DNA from: an uncultured Actinomycetes bacterium
GTDB lineage: Bacteria; Actinomycetota; Acidimicrobiia; IMCC26256; PALSA-610
Length of the DNA: 64,000 nt
Direction of reading: 5' to 3'
Assembly: GCA_963839575.1 (NCBI GenBank)
Contig: CAWIVQ010000003.1
Location: 3,506,579 to 3,570,578 of the forward strand
Each line of letters opens with the position of its first letter. The first letter of the stretch is position 1. The notes under the pieces were generated by a model. It did no database searches and had not been told where the DNA came from. It was given only the letters and a program-made list of their open reading frames with translations. The position numbers and the translations under genes are program-made. Below are positions 31,925 to 42,388 of the stretch, piece after piece.

Positions 31925-34029
31925 ATGACTATGACCTCCACAGAGTCCGGCGAACCGGCCGGCCCGCCCGCCGTGAAGCCGGCCAAGGTACGGACGCGGC
32001 CGGCCGGGACGCGCTCCCTGTTCGATCCCGCGATCATGAAGCGCGCGACATGGGACTCCGTCGTCAAGCTCGACCCGCGCCAGATGATGCGTAACCCGGT
32101 GATGTTCATCGTCGAGGTGGGCAGCGTGCTCACGACGGTCCTCTTCTTTCAGAAGCTGCCGTCGGCGAAGTCGTCCGACAGCGTGTTCACCGGCCTCGTC
32201 TCCGCGTGGTTGTGGTTCACGGTGTTGTTCGCGAACTTCGCCGAGGCGGTCGCCGAAGGGCGGGGTAAGGCCCAGGCCGACACGCTGCGCAAGACCAGGT
32301 CGGAAACGGTCGCGCGCATCCGCCAGCCCGACGGTTCGATCGCCGAGAAGTCGTCGAACGACCTCCAGGTCGGCGACGAGTGCGTCGTGGTCGCGGGCGA
32401 GCTGATCCCCGGCGACGGCGAGATCATCGAGGGCATCGCATCCGTCGACGAGTCGGCCATCACCGGCGAGTCCGCCCCCGTGATCCGCGAGTCGGGTGGC
32501 GACCGCTCCGCGGTCACCGGCGGCACGCGTGTCCTTTCGGATCAGATCGTCGTGCGCATCACGTCGAAGCCGGGCGAGACGTTCCTCGACCGGATGATCG
32601 CGCTCGTCGAGGGCGCCTCCCGCCAGAAGACGCCGAACGAGATCGCGCTCAACATCCTGCTCGCCGGTCTGACGATCATCTTCTTGCTCGCCGTCGTGAC
32701 GCTGCAGCCGTTCGCGATCTACTCCAAGGCCAGCCAGTCGCTGACGGTGCTGGTCGCGCTGCTCGTATGCCTGATCCCGACGACGATCGGCGCCCTGCTG
32801 TCGGCCATCGGGATCGCGGGCATGGACCGGCTCGTCCAGCGCAACGTGCTCGCGATGAGCGGGCGCGCCGTCGAGGCGGCGGGCGACTGCTCCACACTCC
32901 TGCTCGACAAGACGGGCACGATCACCTACGGCAACCGTCAGGCCGCGCAGTTCCTGCCGGTGCCCGGGGTCGACGAGCACACGCTGGCCGATGCCGCGAT
33001 GCTCTCGAGCCTCGCGGACGAGACGCCGGAAGGGCGCTCGATCGTGACGTTCGCGCAGGAGCACCACGGACTCGTGCCGAGAGAGATCCCGCACGCCGAG
33101 CTCGTCGCGTTCACCGCTCAAACCCGCATGAGCGGGGTCGACTTCGACGGCAACTCGATCCGCAAGGGTGCGGCCGACTCGGTTCGGCGGTGGGTCGTCG
33201 AACAAGGAGGTGTCGCGCCCGACGAGCTCGAGACGATCGTCGACGGTATCGCCACCCAGGGCGGAACGCCGCTCGTCGTGGCGAACGGAACGCGTGTCCT
33301 CGGGGTGATCTACCTCAAAGACGTCGTGAAACAGGGCATGCGGGAACGCTTCGATCAGATGCGGGCCATGGGCATCCGCACGGTGATGATCACCGGCGAC
33401 AACCCGCGCACTGCGGCGGCGATCGCGGCCGAGGCCGGTGTCGACGACTTCTTGGCCGAGGCGACCCCCGAAGACAAGATGGCGTTGATCAAGCGCGAGC
33501 AGCTCGGCGGCTCGATGGTGGCGATGACGGGCGACGGGACCAATGACGCGCCACGCTCGCCGTTGCCGACGTCGGCGTGGCCATGAACACGGGCACGCAA
33601 GCCGCCAAAGAGGCCGGCAACATGGTCGACCTCGATTCCAATCCGACGAAGCTCATCGAGATCGTCGAAATCGGCAAGCAGTTGCTGATCACACGCGGCT
33701 CGCTCACGACGTTCTCGATCGCGAACGACATCGCGAAGTACTTCGCGATCATCCCCGCGATGTTCGCCGGGGTGTTCCCGCAACTCGACTCGCTGAACAT
33801 CATGCGTCTCGACAACCCGCACTCGGCGATCCTCTCGGCGGTCATCTTCAACGCGCTCGTGATCGTCGCACTCATCCCGCTCGCGCTGCGCGGCGTGAAA
33901 TTCCGGGCGATGGGTGCTGCCGCGATCCTGCGCCGCAACCTCTTGATCTACGGGCTCGGCGGCATCATCGCCCCGTTCATCGGTATCAAGCTCATCGACA
34001 TCGTCGTCACCGCGCTGGGAGTGCACTGA
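31925..34029 (+). pseudogene. kdpB: K+-transporting P-type ATPase subunit B, 1-nt deletion near 33553
   Basis: ORF 31925..33586 has [12 protein letters not shown] (phosphorylation site) and [10 protein letters not shown], then goes out of frame. The expected [29 protein letters not shown] continues in ORF 33577..34029. gcgccacgctcgcc lacks one base relative to gcgcca-g-cgctcgcc. Confidence 0.9.
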
Positions 34030-34634
34030 TGTTGCGACGCCAGTTCGTCACCGGATTGCTCATGACCGTCGTGTTGACGGTGTTGCTGGGCTTCGTCTAC
34101 CCCCTCGTCGTCACGGGCATCTCGCAGCTCACGATGTCGAACCGGGCAAACGGTTCCCTCGTGACCGACAAGGGCAAGGTCGTCGGTTCGTCGTTGATCG
34201 GTCAGAGCTTCACCGACAAAGACGGCAACCCGCTCGTGCAGTACTTCCAGCCCCGACCGTCGGCGGCGGGGACCAAGGGGTACGACGCGATGGCCAGCGG
34301 GGGTTCGAATCTCGGCCCGTCGAATCCGGTGTTGCTCGACGCGGTGAAGCAGCGGGTCGCGGCCTACCGCAAGCTCAACGGGCTCGGGGCGGGCGTCTTG
34401 GTTCCGTCCGACGCGGTGACCGCGTCGGCCTCGGGGCTCGACCCACAGATCTCCGTGGCCAATGCCCGCCTGCAGGCGGCGCGGGTCGCCGACGCGCGCC
34501 ACCTCACGGTCGCGCAGGTCATGACCGCCATCGGGGCGCACACGCAGGGGCGCCCGTTCGGCATCTTGGGAGAGCAGACTGTGAACGTGCTCGACCTCAA
34601 CCTCGCCCTCGACCACCTCGTTCCGTCGGCATGA
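34029..34634 (+). CDS. kdpC: K+-transporting ATPase subunit C
   Basis: MLRRQFVTGLLMTVVLTVLLGFVYPLVVTGISQ...GSSLIGQ.F...SGGSNLGPSNP...ASGLDPQIS. The ATG overlaps the kdpB TGA. Confidence 0.88.
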   Translation: MLRRQFVTGLLMTVVLTVLLGFVYPLVVTGISQLTMSNRANGSLVTDKGKVVGSSLIGQSFTDKDGNPLVQYFQPRPSAAGTKGYDAMASGGSNLGPSNPVLLDAVKQRVAAYRKLNGLGAGVLVPSDAVTASASGLDPQISVANARLQAARVADARHLTVAQVMTAIGAHTQGRPFGILGEQTVNVLDLNLALDHLVPSA

Positions 34635-34643
34635 GGTAGCGGC

Positions 34644-37156
34644 GTGGCTCGGGGTGATCTGCGGGTCTATCTCGGCGCTGCGCCGGGCGTCGGCAAGACG
34701 TTCGCGATGCTGAACGAGGGCCGGCGGCGGCACGACCGCGGCGCCGACGTGGTGGTCGGCTACGTGGAGACGCACGGCCGCGCCCGCACGATCGAACAGG
34801 TCGGCGACCTCGAGATCGTCCCGCGCAAGCTGGTGACGTATCGAGGTGTCGAGTTCGAGGAGATGGACCTCGACGCGGTGTTGGCCCGGCGCCCGGAGAT
34901 CGCGCTGGTCGACGAGCTCGCGCACACGAACATCCCGGGATCGCGCCACGAGAAGCGTTGGCAAGACGTCGAGGAGCTGCTCGACGCGGGCATCGCGGTC
35001 GTGTCGACCGTCAACGTGCAGCACCTCGAGTCGGTGAACGACGTCGTCGAACGCATCACCGGCGTCGAGCAACGCGAGACCCTGCCCGACGAGGTCGTTC
35101 GCCGCGCCAACCAGGTCGAGCTCGTCGACAGCACTCCGGAAGCGCTCCGGCGGCGTATGGCGCACGGCAACATCTACAAGCCGGAGAAGGTCGATGCCGC
35201 ACTGGCGAACTACTTCCGTCCCGGCAACCTCGCCGCGCTGCGCGAGCTCGCGCTGCTCTGGGTCGCCGACAAGGTTGACGAAAGCCTCCAGCGCTATATG
35301 GAGGACCACGGCATCACGGCGGCCTGGGAGACGCGCGAACGCGTCGTCGTGGCCCTCACCGGGGCCCCCGGGGGCGAACATCTCGTGCGCCGGGCCTCGC
35401 GTATCGCGACCCGGGCCAAGGGCGATCTCCTCGGCGTGCACGTGCGGGCGGGGGAGGGACTTTCGGGTCCCGAGCCGGGCGCCATCGAACGCCACCGCGT
35501 GCTGCTCGAGGATCTCGGGGGGTCGTACCACGAGGTCGTGGGCGCCGACCCGTCAATGGCACTGGTCGACTTCTCTAGGGCGGAACGGGCGACCCAACTC
35601 GTGCTGGGCTCGAGCCGGCGGTCGCGCTGGAGTCATCTCGTCCGGGGTTCGGTGATCAATCGGGTCGTTCGTGCTGCAGGCGATATCGACGTGCACATCA
35701 TCTCGACGAAGTTCGAGGGCGAAGCACCCGTCCGGACATGGAATCCCCGCGCCTTCTCACTCGGAGTTTCCGCGCAACGCCAACTCGCGGCGGCACTGTT
35801 CGCCGCGTTCTCATTACCGCTGCTCACGTTCGTATTGACGCAGGAACGCGATCGTGTGTCGCTCGGCAGCGACCTTCTCCTGTTCTTGGCGCTCGTCGTC
35901 ATCATCGCCACCATCGGGGGAGCGTGGGTCGCCGGAGCGGCTGCGGTCGCGGCGTTCCTCCTGGTCAACTGGTTCCTGACGCCGCCGATCCACACGTTCA
36001 CGATCGGTGACGGCCAGAACGTCTTGGCCCTCGTGGTCTTCCTCGTGGTGGCCGCGGTCGTCAGCGGGCTGGTGTCCGCCGCCGCGCGGCGCGCTCTCGA
36101 GGCGGCCCGCTCCCGCAGCGAGGCGACCTCACTCGTGCGCCTGGCCGGCGCGCTGCTGGCCGAGGACGATCCGCTCCCGAGCATCATGGCGCAGCTCCTG
36201 AGCACCTTCTCGCTGCGGTCGGTGGCGGTGTTGCGGCCCGCCGGGCCGAACGCGTGGATCGTCGAGGCGCACGCGGGCGAGGCCGTGCTGGAACGGCCCG
36301 ACGACGCCACCGCCACCTCTTCGTTGCCCGACGACGCGGTGTTCGCTTATGTCGGTCCGGACCTCACCGGCGACGACCGCCGTGTGCTCAACGCGTTCGT
36401 CGCCCAGCTCGCAGTGGCGCTCGCGGGGCGCGAGCTGCGCGCAGAGGCTTCGGCCGCCGTGGCCGTAGCCGAGGCCGACGCGCTCCGCACCGCGCTGCTC
36501 CCGCGGTGTCGCACGATCTGCGCACCCCGCTCGCTTCCATCAAGGCGTCGTCGTCGACCTTGCTCGCCGACGACCTGCACCTCGACGACGACACGGTGCA
36601 TCAGTTGCACCAGACGATCGACGAAGAGGTCGATCGGCTCAACGAGATCGTGAGCAATCTCCTGGCCATGAGCCGGCTCCAGGTCGGGGCGCTGCAGCTC
36701 GTGTACTCCGAGGTCGGTATCGACGAGATCGTGGGCCGCGCGCTGGTGAGCCTCGGCGATCGCGCCGGGGGAGTCGTGGTCGACGTCCCGGATTCGTTGC
36801 CGAGGGTCCGCGTCGATCCGGCGCTCGCGGAGCGGGCGCTCGCCAATGTGCTCGACAACGCGCTCGCATGGTCGCCGCCGGAGCAGGCGGTACGGGTCGA
36901 GGCCGCGGTGGTGGGCGATCGCGTCATGCTGCGCGTCATCGATCGCGGTCCGGGCATTCCGCCGCTCGACCGCGACCGGGTGTTCCAACCCTTCCAGCGG
37001 CTCGGTGACACGCGCACGCGCGTCGGCGCCGGTGTCGGACTCGGGCTCGCCGTCGCCCGCGGTTTCACCGAGGCGATCGGCGGCGAGCTCCACCTCGAGG
37101 ACACGCCCGGCGGTGGAACGACCATGACCTTCGGATTCCGGGTGTCGTCGTCATGA
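34644..37156 (+). pseudogene. kdpD: sensor kinase KdpD, one frame break near 36501
   Basis: The KdpD N-terminal domain (LRVYLGAAPGVGKTFAMLNEG, LVDELAHTN), Usp-like region, four TM helices (DUF4118-type) and a GAF-like part are in ORF 34644..36653. The H-box AVSHDLRTPLASI and the HATPase domain (DRGPGIP, GVGLGLAV) are in ORF 36254..37156. Confidence 0.88.
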
Positions 37157-37836
37157 GCAAGATCCTCGTGATCGAGGACGAAGCACCGCTGCGGCGCGCG
37201 CTGCGCATCTTCCTCGAAGCCCACGACTACGTCGTGGTCCTCGCGGCGTCGGGACGCGAAGGCCTCGACCTGGCCGCGCACGAGCATCCCGACGTCGTCA
37301 TCCTCGATCTCGGTCTTCCCGACATGGACGGCGTCGCCGTCGCGACGGCGCTGCGCGGGTGGAGCACGGTGCCGATCGTGGTGCTCTCGGCGCGCGACGC
37401 CGAGCCGGTGAAGGTCGCCGCGCTCGATGCCGGCGCCGACGACTACGTGACGAAACCATTCGCGATGAACGAGTTCCTGGCGCGTCTGCGCGCGGCGTTG
37501 CGTCGCGCCGCGCCGACCGAGCAGGAACGCGTGATCACGACCGCCGACTTCACGATCGATCTCGGCGCGAAGCAGATCCATCACGATGGCGCCGAGCTGC
37601 ACCTGACTCCGACGGAGTGGCAGATCGTCGAAGTGCTCGCCCGCCAGCGCGGCAAACTCGTCACCCAGCAACAGCTGCTGCAGCAAGTGTGGGGGCCGCA
37701 GTACCAACGAGAGACCCACTACCTGCGCATCTACATGAGCCAGATTCGGCGGAAGCTCGAACCCGACCCGTCGCGGCCGCGCTACTTCATCACCGAGCCT
37801 GGTATGGGCTATCGATTCGTCATGGAGGAGCCATGA
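37153..37836 (+). CDS. kdpE: response regulator KdpE
   Basis: 227 aa. MSKILVIEDE, VILDLGLPDMDG, ADDYVTKPF, winged helix LTPTEWQIVEVLARQRGKLVTQQQLL...EPGMGYRF. Overlaps the kdpD stop. Confidence 0.9.
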   Translation: MSKILVIEDEAPLRRALRIFLEAHDYVVVLAASGREGLDLAAHEHPDVVILDLGLPDMDGVAVATALRGWSTVPIVVLSARDAEPVKVAALDAGADDYVTKPFAMNEFLARLRAALRRAAPTEQERVITTADFTIDLGAKQIHHDGAELHLTPTEWQIVEVLARQRGKLVTQQQLLQQVWGPQYQRETHYLRIYMSQIRRKLEPDPSRPRYFITEPGMGYRFVMEEP

Positions 37837-38616
37837 ACTCAGCTCAGGAACTCCTGCGGCGCCGTCCGCCCGATCCCGGCGACGGGCGGGTCTCGTGGGG
37901 AATGGGGGCCGGCGCGCTCGGGGTGCTCGTCATCGCGGGCGCCCTCGTGCCGTTCCGTGACCACCTGCCCAACGCCGACATGGCCCTCGCGCTCGTCCTG
38001 CCGGTGTTGCTCGCCGCGATCGTGGGCGGGCGCATCGCCGGCGCCGCCGCGGCAGTGGTCTCGGCGCTCACCTTCGACTTCGTGTTCACCCAGCCCTACC
38101 TGTCGTTGCGGATCGCGAGCAAGGATGACGTCGCCACGTTCGTGGTGTTCTTCATCGTCGCCATGGTCGCGGCCGAGGTCGGCATCCGGGCCCGCCAAGG
38201 CGGGGCGGCCGCGCGTGAGCTGCGTTCCGAGCTCGACCGGTTGTTACGCGTGGGCGAGCTCTCCACGCGGTGCCGACGCCGACGATGTCGTGCTCTCGGC
38301 GCGGGCCGAGCTGATCGGGTTGTTCGGACTCGACGAGTGCGTCTTCCAGGCCGAGCGCTCCGGGCCCGAACTGCCGCGGCTCGGAAACCGGGGCGCGTTG
38401 GAAGGCGCGCGCCTCGTCGCCTGGGGTGAGTTCCTGCTGCCGACCGGGGGCGTGGAGGTACCGGTGATGGGGCGCGGTCGCGAGCTCGGGCGCCTCGTGC
38501 TCTACGCGGCGGAAGCGACGCGTGCGTCGCTCGAGCAGCGGCTGGTCGCGGTGGCGATCGCCGACGAGGTGGGCCTGACGCTGGCGTCGAGCGCGCCGGG
38601 CGACAAGATGGCGTAA
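37833..38616 (+). pseudogene. KdpD-like membrane sensor stub (DUF4118-type TM bundle plus GAF-like domain, no kinase core), one frame break near 38265
   Basis: The ATG overlaps the kdpE TGA. TM region LALVLPVLLAAIVGG...LTFDFVFTQPYLSLRI...VVFFIVAMVAAEV resembles the KdpD membrane domain. The C-terminal part DADDVVLSARAELIGLFGLDECVF...GRLVLYA continues in the frame of 37957..38616. Confidence 0.6.
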
Positions 38617-38655
38617 AGGAGTTCGACCCGCGGTCGCCCGAGCCGCGATGCTGCC

Positions 38656-38725
38656 TAGGCACGACCCCCGTGACGGTTCGCCGCTGTCCCAAAGCCCCGC
38701 GCCTCCGGCGCGGGGGTCGTGCCTA
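38656..38725. terminator. 15-bp perfect inverted repeat between convergent genes
   Basis: taggcacgacccccg (38656-38670) and cgggggtcgtgccta (38711-38725). An inner 9-bp hairpin ccccgcgcc/ggcgcgggg overlaps the right arm. No U-tract. Confidence 0.45.
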
Positions 38726-38741
38726 CATCGCGCGCTGCGGG

Positions 38742-39500
38742 TTACGCGCCGATCACGTGATAGCCGCCGTCGACGTGGATGACCTCGCCGGTGGTTGCCG
38801 GGAACAGGTCGGAGAACAGGGCGACGCAGGCGGCCGCGACGGGCGCCGCGTCCTTCACGTCCCACCCGAGGGGTGCGCGCGCGTCCCACGCGGCCTCGAA
38901 CTGCTCGAAGCCCGGAATGCTGCGCGCCGCGATGGTGCGGATCGGCCCGGCCGCGACGAGGTTCACGCGGATCCCTTCGGGTCCGAGATCACGTGCGAGA
39001 TAGCGCGCCGTCGACTCGAACGCGGCCTTGGCCACGCCCATCCAGTCGTAGACCGGCCAGGCCACGCGACTGTTGTCGAAGTCGAGCCCGACGATGCTCC
39101 CGCCTCTCGTCATCATCGGCCGGCAGGCGACCGCGAGTGCCTTCAGCGAGTACACGCTCACCTGGAGCGCGACGGCGACGTCGTCCCACGGAGCGGTCAG
39201 GAAGCCTCCGCCCAGGCAGGACTCCGGGGCGAACCCGATCGCGTGGAGGACGCCGTCGAGGTGCCCACCGACCCGATCCGCGAGCGCGTCGAGGTGCGCC
39301 GGATCGGTGACGTCGAGCTCCACGATCACCGGTTCGCTCGGGAGCCGCCGCGCGGCGCGCTGGGTGAGGCTCATCGCCCGTCCGAACGAGGTCAACAACA
39401 CCTCGGCGCCTTCGTCCTGCGCCCGACGCGCGACGTGGAACGCCATCGAGGCGTCGTTGAGCACGCCTGTTACCAAAACCCGTTTGTCGGCGAGCAACAT
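38742..39500 (-). CDS. fabI: enoyl-ACP reductase (NADH), FabI/InhA type
   Basis: 252 aa. KRVLVTGV.NDASMAFHVAR, HAIGFAP, YDWMGVAKAALES, RVNLVAAGPIRT. Confidence 0.9.
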   Translation of the reverse strand: MLLADKRVLVTGVLNDASMAFHVARRAQDEGAEVLLTSFGRAMSLTQRAARRLPSEPVIVELDVTDPAHLDALADRVGGHLDGVLHAIGFAPESCLGGGFLTAPWDDVAVALQVSVYSLKALAVACRPMMTRGGSIVGLDFDNSRVAWPVYDWMGVAKAAFESTARYLARDLGPEGIRVNLVAAGPIRTIAARSIPGFEQFEAAWDARAPLGWDVKDAAPVAAACVALFSDLFPATTGEVIHVDGGYHVIGA

Positions 39501-39516
39501 CGTCTTGGTCTCTCCC

Positions 39517-40851
39517 TCAAAGTGGTGTGTTCGAGTGCCGGCGCGCCGGCTGGCCGTCGTGCTTCTCGCCGAGTACCCGAAGCGCGTCGACGAGTACCCG
39601 GCGAGTGCTCGCCGGTTCGATCACTGCGTCGACCAGCCCCCGTTCCGCGGCGCGGTACGGGTTCTCGAACGCGTCGCGGTACTCGTCGACCAGTCCGGGA
39701 TCGCTGCGACCCTTGTTGAGGATCGCGACCGCCCCTGCCGCGCCCATGACCGCGATCTCCGCGCTCGGCCACGCGACGCACAGGTCGTTGCCGATGCCGC
39801 GGGAGTCCATGACGATGTATGCGCCGCCGTACGCCTTGCGCAGGACCACGCACATCCGCGGCACGGTCGCGGCCGAGTACGCGTGGACGAGCTCGGCGCC
39901 GTGACGGATCATTCCGCGCCATTCGAGGTCGCGGCCGGGCTCGAAGCCGGGCGTGTCGACGAACGTGATGATCGCCATGTTGAAGGCATCGCACGTGGCG
40001 ACGAAGCGCGCGGCCTTGCGCGAAGCCTCGATGTCGAGCGTGCCGGCGCGCTGCGCGGGCTGGTTCGCGACGATCCCGACCGCTCGTCCGCCGAGTGATC
40101 CGCAGCCGGTCACGAGGTTCGGTGCGTACTGCGGGCGCACCTCGAGGAACGAGCCCGCGTCGAGTATGTCCTCGACCACGATCCGCACGTCGTAGGAGGC
40201 CGTCGAACGCTCCGGGACGACCGCGGCGGCCCGGTCACAGGACCGGTCGGTTCCGTCGTCGGTCGCCAGCCGCGGGGGATCGGCGAGATGATGGTCGGGG
40301 AGATACCACAGCAGCGCGGCGAGTGCCTCGCGTGCGGCGAGATCGTCGCGGACGACGAGTGAGGCGACGCCGGTTCGTTGCGCGTGCACGGCCGCACCGC
40401 CGAGCTCCGATCGCGACACCCGCACCCCGGTGAAGTCCTCGACCGAATCGGGTCCGGTGACGTAGGCGAACGCGTCTTCGGTCATCACCACGTGGTCGAA
40501 GAGACCGAGCGCGAGCGCCGGGCCCGACACGCACGCGCCCGTGACGGCGAGGAGGGTCGGTACCACCCCGGAGACCTTGACGAGTTCCCGGGCCAGCCGG
40601 CCCCAGGCGTGCAGCGCGGCCACCCCGTCTCGGAGTTCGGCCCCCGAGGTGTCGAGCTCACCGACGAGCGGGATCCGGAGCTCGCCCGCGAGGCGCACGG
40701 CGCGCTCGACGGTCGCGCTCCCGTTGATGCCGATCGCACCGTGGTGCTTCCCCCCGGCCACACGGAACGCGACCACGCGCCGCCCGTTGATCTCGGTGAT
40801 CTCGGCCGAGGCGGCGGCGTCGGCCCACGCGTGGAGCGGCGTGGACCTCAC
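39517..40851 (-). CDS. acyl-CoA carboxylase carboxyltransferase (beta) subunit, AccD6-like position in the fab operon
   Basis: GTG at 40851 overlaps the fabF stop (GTGA). GACVSGPALALGLFDHVVM, LGGAAVH, GIVANQPAQRAGTLDIEASRKAARFV, VDTPGFEPG...HGAELV, LRKAYGGAYIVM. About 444 aa, short at the N-terminus for this family. Confidence 0.8.
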   Translation of the reverse strand: MRSTPLHAWADAAASAEITEINGRRVVAFRVAGGKHHGAIGINGSATVERAVRLAGELRIPLVGELDTSGAELRDGVAALHAWGRLARELVKVSGVVPTLLAVTGACVSGPALALGLFDHVVMTEDAFAYVTGPDSVEDFTGVRVSRSELGGAAVHAQRTGVASLVVRDDLAAREALAALLWYLPDHHLADPPRLATDDGTDRSCDRAAAVVPERSTASYDVRIVVEDILDAGSFLEVRPQYAPNLVTGCGSLGGRAVGIVANQPAQRAGTLDIEASRKAARFVATCDAFNMAIITFVDTPGFEPGRDLEWRGMIRHGAELVHAYSAATVPRMCVVLRKAYGGAYIVMDSRGIGNDLCVAWPSAEIAVMGAAGAVAILNKGRSDPGLVDEYRDAFENPYRAAERGLVDAVIEPASTRRVLVDALRVLGEKHDGQPARRHSNTPL

Positions 40852-42113
40852 GAAGGCGGTGCCAGCACCAACGTCGCGTTGTGACCGCCGAAACCGAACG
40901 AGTTCGAGACGGCCGGAGCGGGGGCGAGTGGGCGCGCCCCGCCCGAGACCACGTCGAGCGCGATCTCCTCGCCGATGCGCTCGAGGTTGGCCGTGGGGGG
41001 TACTGCACCGTTCGCGAACGCGAGCAGGCATGCGATGGCCTCGGTCGCGCCGGCCGCGCCGATGAGGTGACCCGTCACGCCCTTGGTCGACGTGACCGGA
41101 GGCGGGACCTCACCGAAGACCTTCCGGATCGCTTCGGCCTCGGCCGCGTCGTTCAACGGCGTCGAGGTGCCGTGCGCGTTCACGTGCCCGATCGCGCCGG
41201 CGGCGAGACCGGCGTCGTCGAGCGCCAGCTGCATGCACGCCGCTGCGCCTTCGCCCCCCGGTGAGGGTGCGGTGATGTGGTACGCGTCGGCGTTGCGGCC
41301 GTAGCCGACGACCTCGCCGTAGATGTGTGCGCCGCGATTCACGGCCCGGTCCCAACGTTCGAGGACCAGCGCGCCGGCGCCTTCACCCATGACGAACCCG
41401 TCGCGGTCGGCGTCGAACGGACGCGACGCGTGCTCGGGGTCGTCGTTGCGCGAGCTCAGTGCCGTCATGCGTGCGAACGCGGAAATCGCGGTCGGGGTCA
41501 TACACGACTCGGACCCGCCCGTCATCACGATGTCGGCGCTCTCGTCGCGGATGAGCCGCGCCGCCTCGCCGATCGCGTTTGCACTCGCCGCGCACGCGGT
41601 GGCCACGCAGAAGTTCGGGCCCTTCCAGCCGAACTGCATCGCGATCGTGCCGGCCGTGGCGTTCGCCATCATCATCGGCACGAGGAACGGGCTGACTCGC
41701 GCCGCGCCCTTCTCGTTGTAGATCCCGACCTGCTCTTCGAGCGTGATAAGGCCGCCGACACCGGTTCCGACTATGACCGCGCTCCGTGCCGGGTCGCAGC
41801 GATGGTCACCGGCCGCGGCGAGCGCGTCGGCCGCGGCCGCAAAGCCGAGTTGGGTGACCCGGTCGACGCGGCGCGCTTCCTTCGCACCGAGATAGTCGGT
41901 CGGGTCGAAGTCGCGGACCTCGCATCCGAATCGGACCGGGAGCGCGGCCGGGTCGTACCGCGTGATCCCGGCGGCCATCGAACGGCCCGCAGCCAGGGTG
42001 GACCAGAACGTGTCGAGATCCGTGCCCGCAGCCGTCTTGACCCCGAGCCCGGTCACCGCCACCCGGACCCGGCCGCGGTGGTCCCGGTGCCCGGCCGCGT
42101 GTTCGCCCGCCAT
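40848..42113 (-). CDS. fabF: 3-oxoacyl-ACP synthase II
   Basis: 421 aa. ATACAASANAIG (active-site Cys), NAHGTSTPLND, SFGFGGHNATLVL. Confidence 0.92.
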   Translation of the reverse strand: MAGEHAAGHRDHRGRVRVAVTGLGVKTAAGTDLDTFWSTLAAGRSMAAGITRYDPAALPVRFGCEVRDFDPTDYLGAKEARRVDRVTQLGFAAAADALAAAGDHRCDPARSAVIVGTGVGGLITLEEQVGIYNEKGAARVSPFLVPMMMANATAGTIAMQFGWKGPNFCVATACAASANAIGEAARLIRDESADIVMTGGSESCMTPTAISAFARMTALSSRNDDPEHASRPFDADRDGFVMGEGAGALVLERWDRAVNRGAHIYGEVVGYGRNADAYHITAPSPGGEGAAACMQLALDDAGLAAGAIGHVNAHGTSTPLNDAAEAEAIRKVFGEVPPPVTSTKGVTGHLIGAAGATEAIACLLAFANGAVPPTANLERIGEEIALDVVSGGARPLAPAPAVSNSFGFGGHNATLVLAPPS

Positions 42114-42116
42114 TGG

Positions 42117-42362
42117 TTACGCGTCGACCTTCGCGAGCACGAGGTCGACCGCGTGGCCGATCGTGGTGACGCCTTCGAGGTCGTCTTCGGGAACTTCGAT
42201 GTCGAATCGCTCCTCGAGCCCCATGACCAGTTCGACCAAGTCGAGGCTGTCGGCGTCGAGGTCCTCCTTGAAGCGCGCGTTCTCGGTAACCAGGTCGGGG
42301 TCGACGCTCAAGACCTCGGCCGCGACTTCTTTGATCGTGACGAGCGCTTCGGCACGTTCCAT
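42117..42362 (-). CDS. acpP: acyl carrier protein
   Basis: 81 aa from the ATG at 42362: MERAEALVTIKEVAAEVLSVDPDLVTENARFKEDLDADSLDLVELVMGLEERF (DSL phosphopantetheine site). Confidence 0.9.
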   Translation of the reverse strand: MERAEALVTIKEVAAEVLSVDPDLVTENARFKEDLDADSLDLVELVMGLEERFDIEVPEDDLEGVTTIGHAVDLVLAKVDA

Positions 42363-42388
42363 TGCAATGTCCTCCTCGTAGGGTTCGA

